Source of the DNA: Elusimicrobiota bacterium
GTDB taxonomy: Bacteria; Elusimicrobiota; Elusimicrobia; Elusimicrobiales; UBA9959
Assembly (NCBI GenBank): GCA_016207645.1
Contig: JACQPH010000045.1
Location: forward strand, 6,610 to 70,609
Length of the DNA: 64,000 nt
Reading direction: 5' to 3'
The notes beneath the pieces are model-generated. The model had not been told where the DNA came from, did not search any database, and saw nothing but the letters and a program-made list of their open reading frames with translations. Shown here in pieces: positions 63,438 through 64,000 of this stretch. How positions within the stretch are numbered: position 1 is the stretch's first letter; the number at the start of each line of letters is the position of its first letter. A program made the translations under genes and the position numbers.

Positions 63438-64000
63438 CTATTTTACCGTGAACCGGAACATCCCTCCGGGCGGACCTTCCGCCCAGATCCTGCCGCCGTG
63501 CAGCTCCACTATTTTCCTGGAGATGGCCAGGCCCAGGCCGAAGCCGGCTTCGCCCTCCGCCGGTTTGAGCCGCTTGTATTTCTCGAAGACCGCCTCCAGC
63601 TGGTCCGGAGGCAGGCCGGGGCCCGTATCGGAGACGGTAAAGACCAGGCCGCCGTTCACGGCGGCGGCCGAAGCCGTGACCTTCCCGCCCCTCGGGGTGA
63701 ATTTCCAGGCGTTGGAAAGGAGGTTCTCCACGACCCGGCGCAGCAGCGAGGAATCGGCCGAGAACTCCGCGGTACCGGCGCCGGCCGTCTCCACCGAGAG
63801 CGAGATCCCCTTCTCCTCGAAAATGGCCCTGAAGCTCTCGGCCGCGGAAGAGAGGAACTCGGCCGCTTTGAGCGGCTTGAGGTCCGGCTTCAGCTGGCCG
63901 GCTTCCATGCGCGAGATATCCAGGATATTCTCCAGCAGCTTGAACAGCCTGTCGCTGGAATCCCTGACGTTCCTGACGTAGCCGGACTGCCTGGCCTCCG
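63438..64000 (-). CDS. Sensor histidine kinase, C-terminal part (N-terminus beyond window edge)
   Basis: The frame stays open to nt 64000 (..LLENILDISRMEAGQL). HATPase_c motifs NLLSNAWKF, DTGPGL, GFGLGLAI. Confidence 0.8.
   Translation of the reverse strand, partial: EARQSGYVRNVRDSSDRLFKLLENILDISRMEAGQLKPDLKPLKAAEFLSSAAESFRAIFEEKGISLSVETAGAGTAEFSADSSLLRRVVENLLSNAWKFTPRGGKVTASAAAVNGGLVFTVSDTGPGLPPDQLEAVFEKYKRLKPAEGEAGFGLGLAISRKIVELHGGRIWAEGPPGGMFRFTVK

Overview
High-GC, gene-dense bacterial chromosomal window. Hand counts on sample lines give about 65-72% GC, apart from one ~2.3 kb low-GC islet. The gene content looks like an anaerobe. No rRNA, CRISPR array, transposase or integrase was seen. 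Left to right: (1) a truncated RlmI-like methyltransferase, a lone receiver protein and tRNA-Phe; (2) an almost complete de novo purine biosynthesis set, with purB-purA and, after an opposite-strand PAS histidine kinase, a tight 11 kb minus-strand operon purE-purC-purS(tandem)-purL-purQ-purF-purD-purM-purN::purH; (3) a nitrosative-stress island bracketed by two paralogous Rrf2 regulators (Nfu, RIC-like hemerythrin protein, a truncated sulfite/nitrite-reductase-like Fe-S protein, a Cys-rich partner, qNOR), followed by DUF2400 and an oxidative-stress operon (rubrerythrin, Tpx, desulfoferrodoxin, and a rubredoxin absent from the ORF track); (4) a family-6 UDG, a receiver protein, a MacAB-TolC-like efflux system, a TPR protein and a GT-C glycosyltransferase; (5) the low-GC islet with higBA and a secreted HEAT-repeat protein flanked by ~58 bp direct repeats; (6) an anaerobic purine-catabolism supercluster: mocA, a class III cyclase, two complete xanthine-dehydrogenase-family enzymes in mirrored subunit order with heptamer tandem arrays in their intergenic gaps, an 8-oxoguanine/guanine-deaminase-like amidohydrolase, a GltD::PreA (DPD-like) fusion and ssnA, with an M16 peptidase interposed; (7) an L,D-transpeptidase; (8) a tightly packed minus-strand operon CHASE2-cyclase-DUF3307-hutH-hutU-yajQ-hutI-HAD-SIS, then a truncated histidine kinase. 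The best candidates for undescribed biology are the truncated SiR-like/Cys-rich gene pair beside qNOR, the mirrored twin XDH module with inverted TAGAGG-type heptamer arrays, and the recurring placement of membrane class IIIb cyclases inside purine and histidine catabolic operons. All functional calls come from motif recognition by eye. No database search was run.
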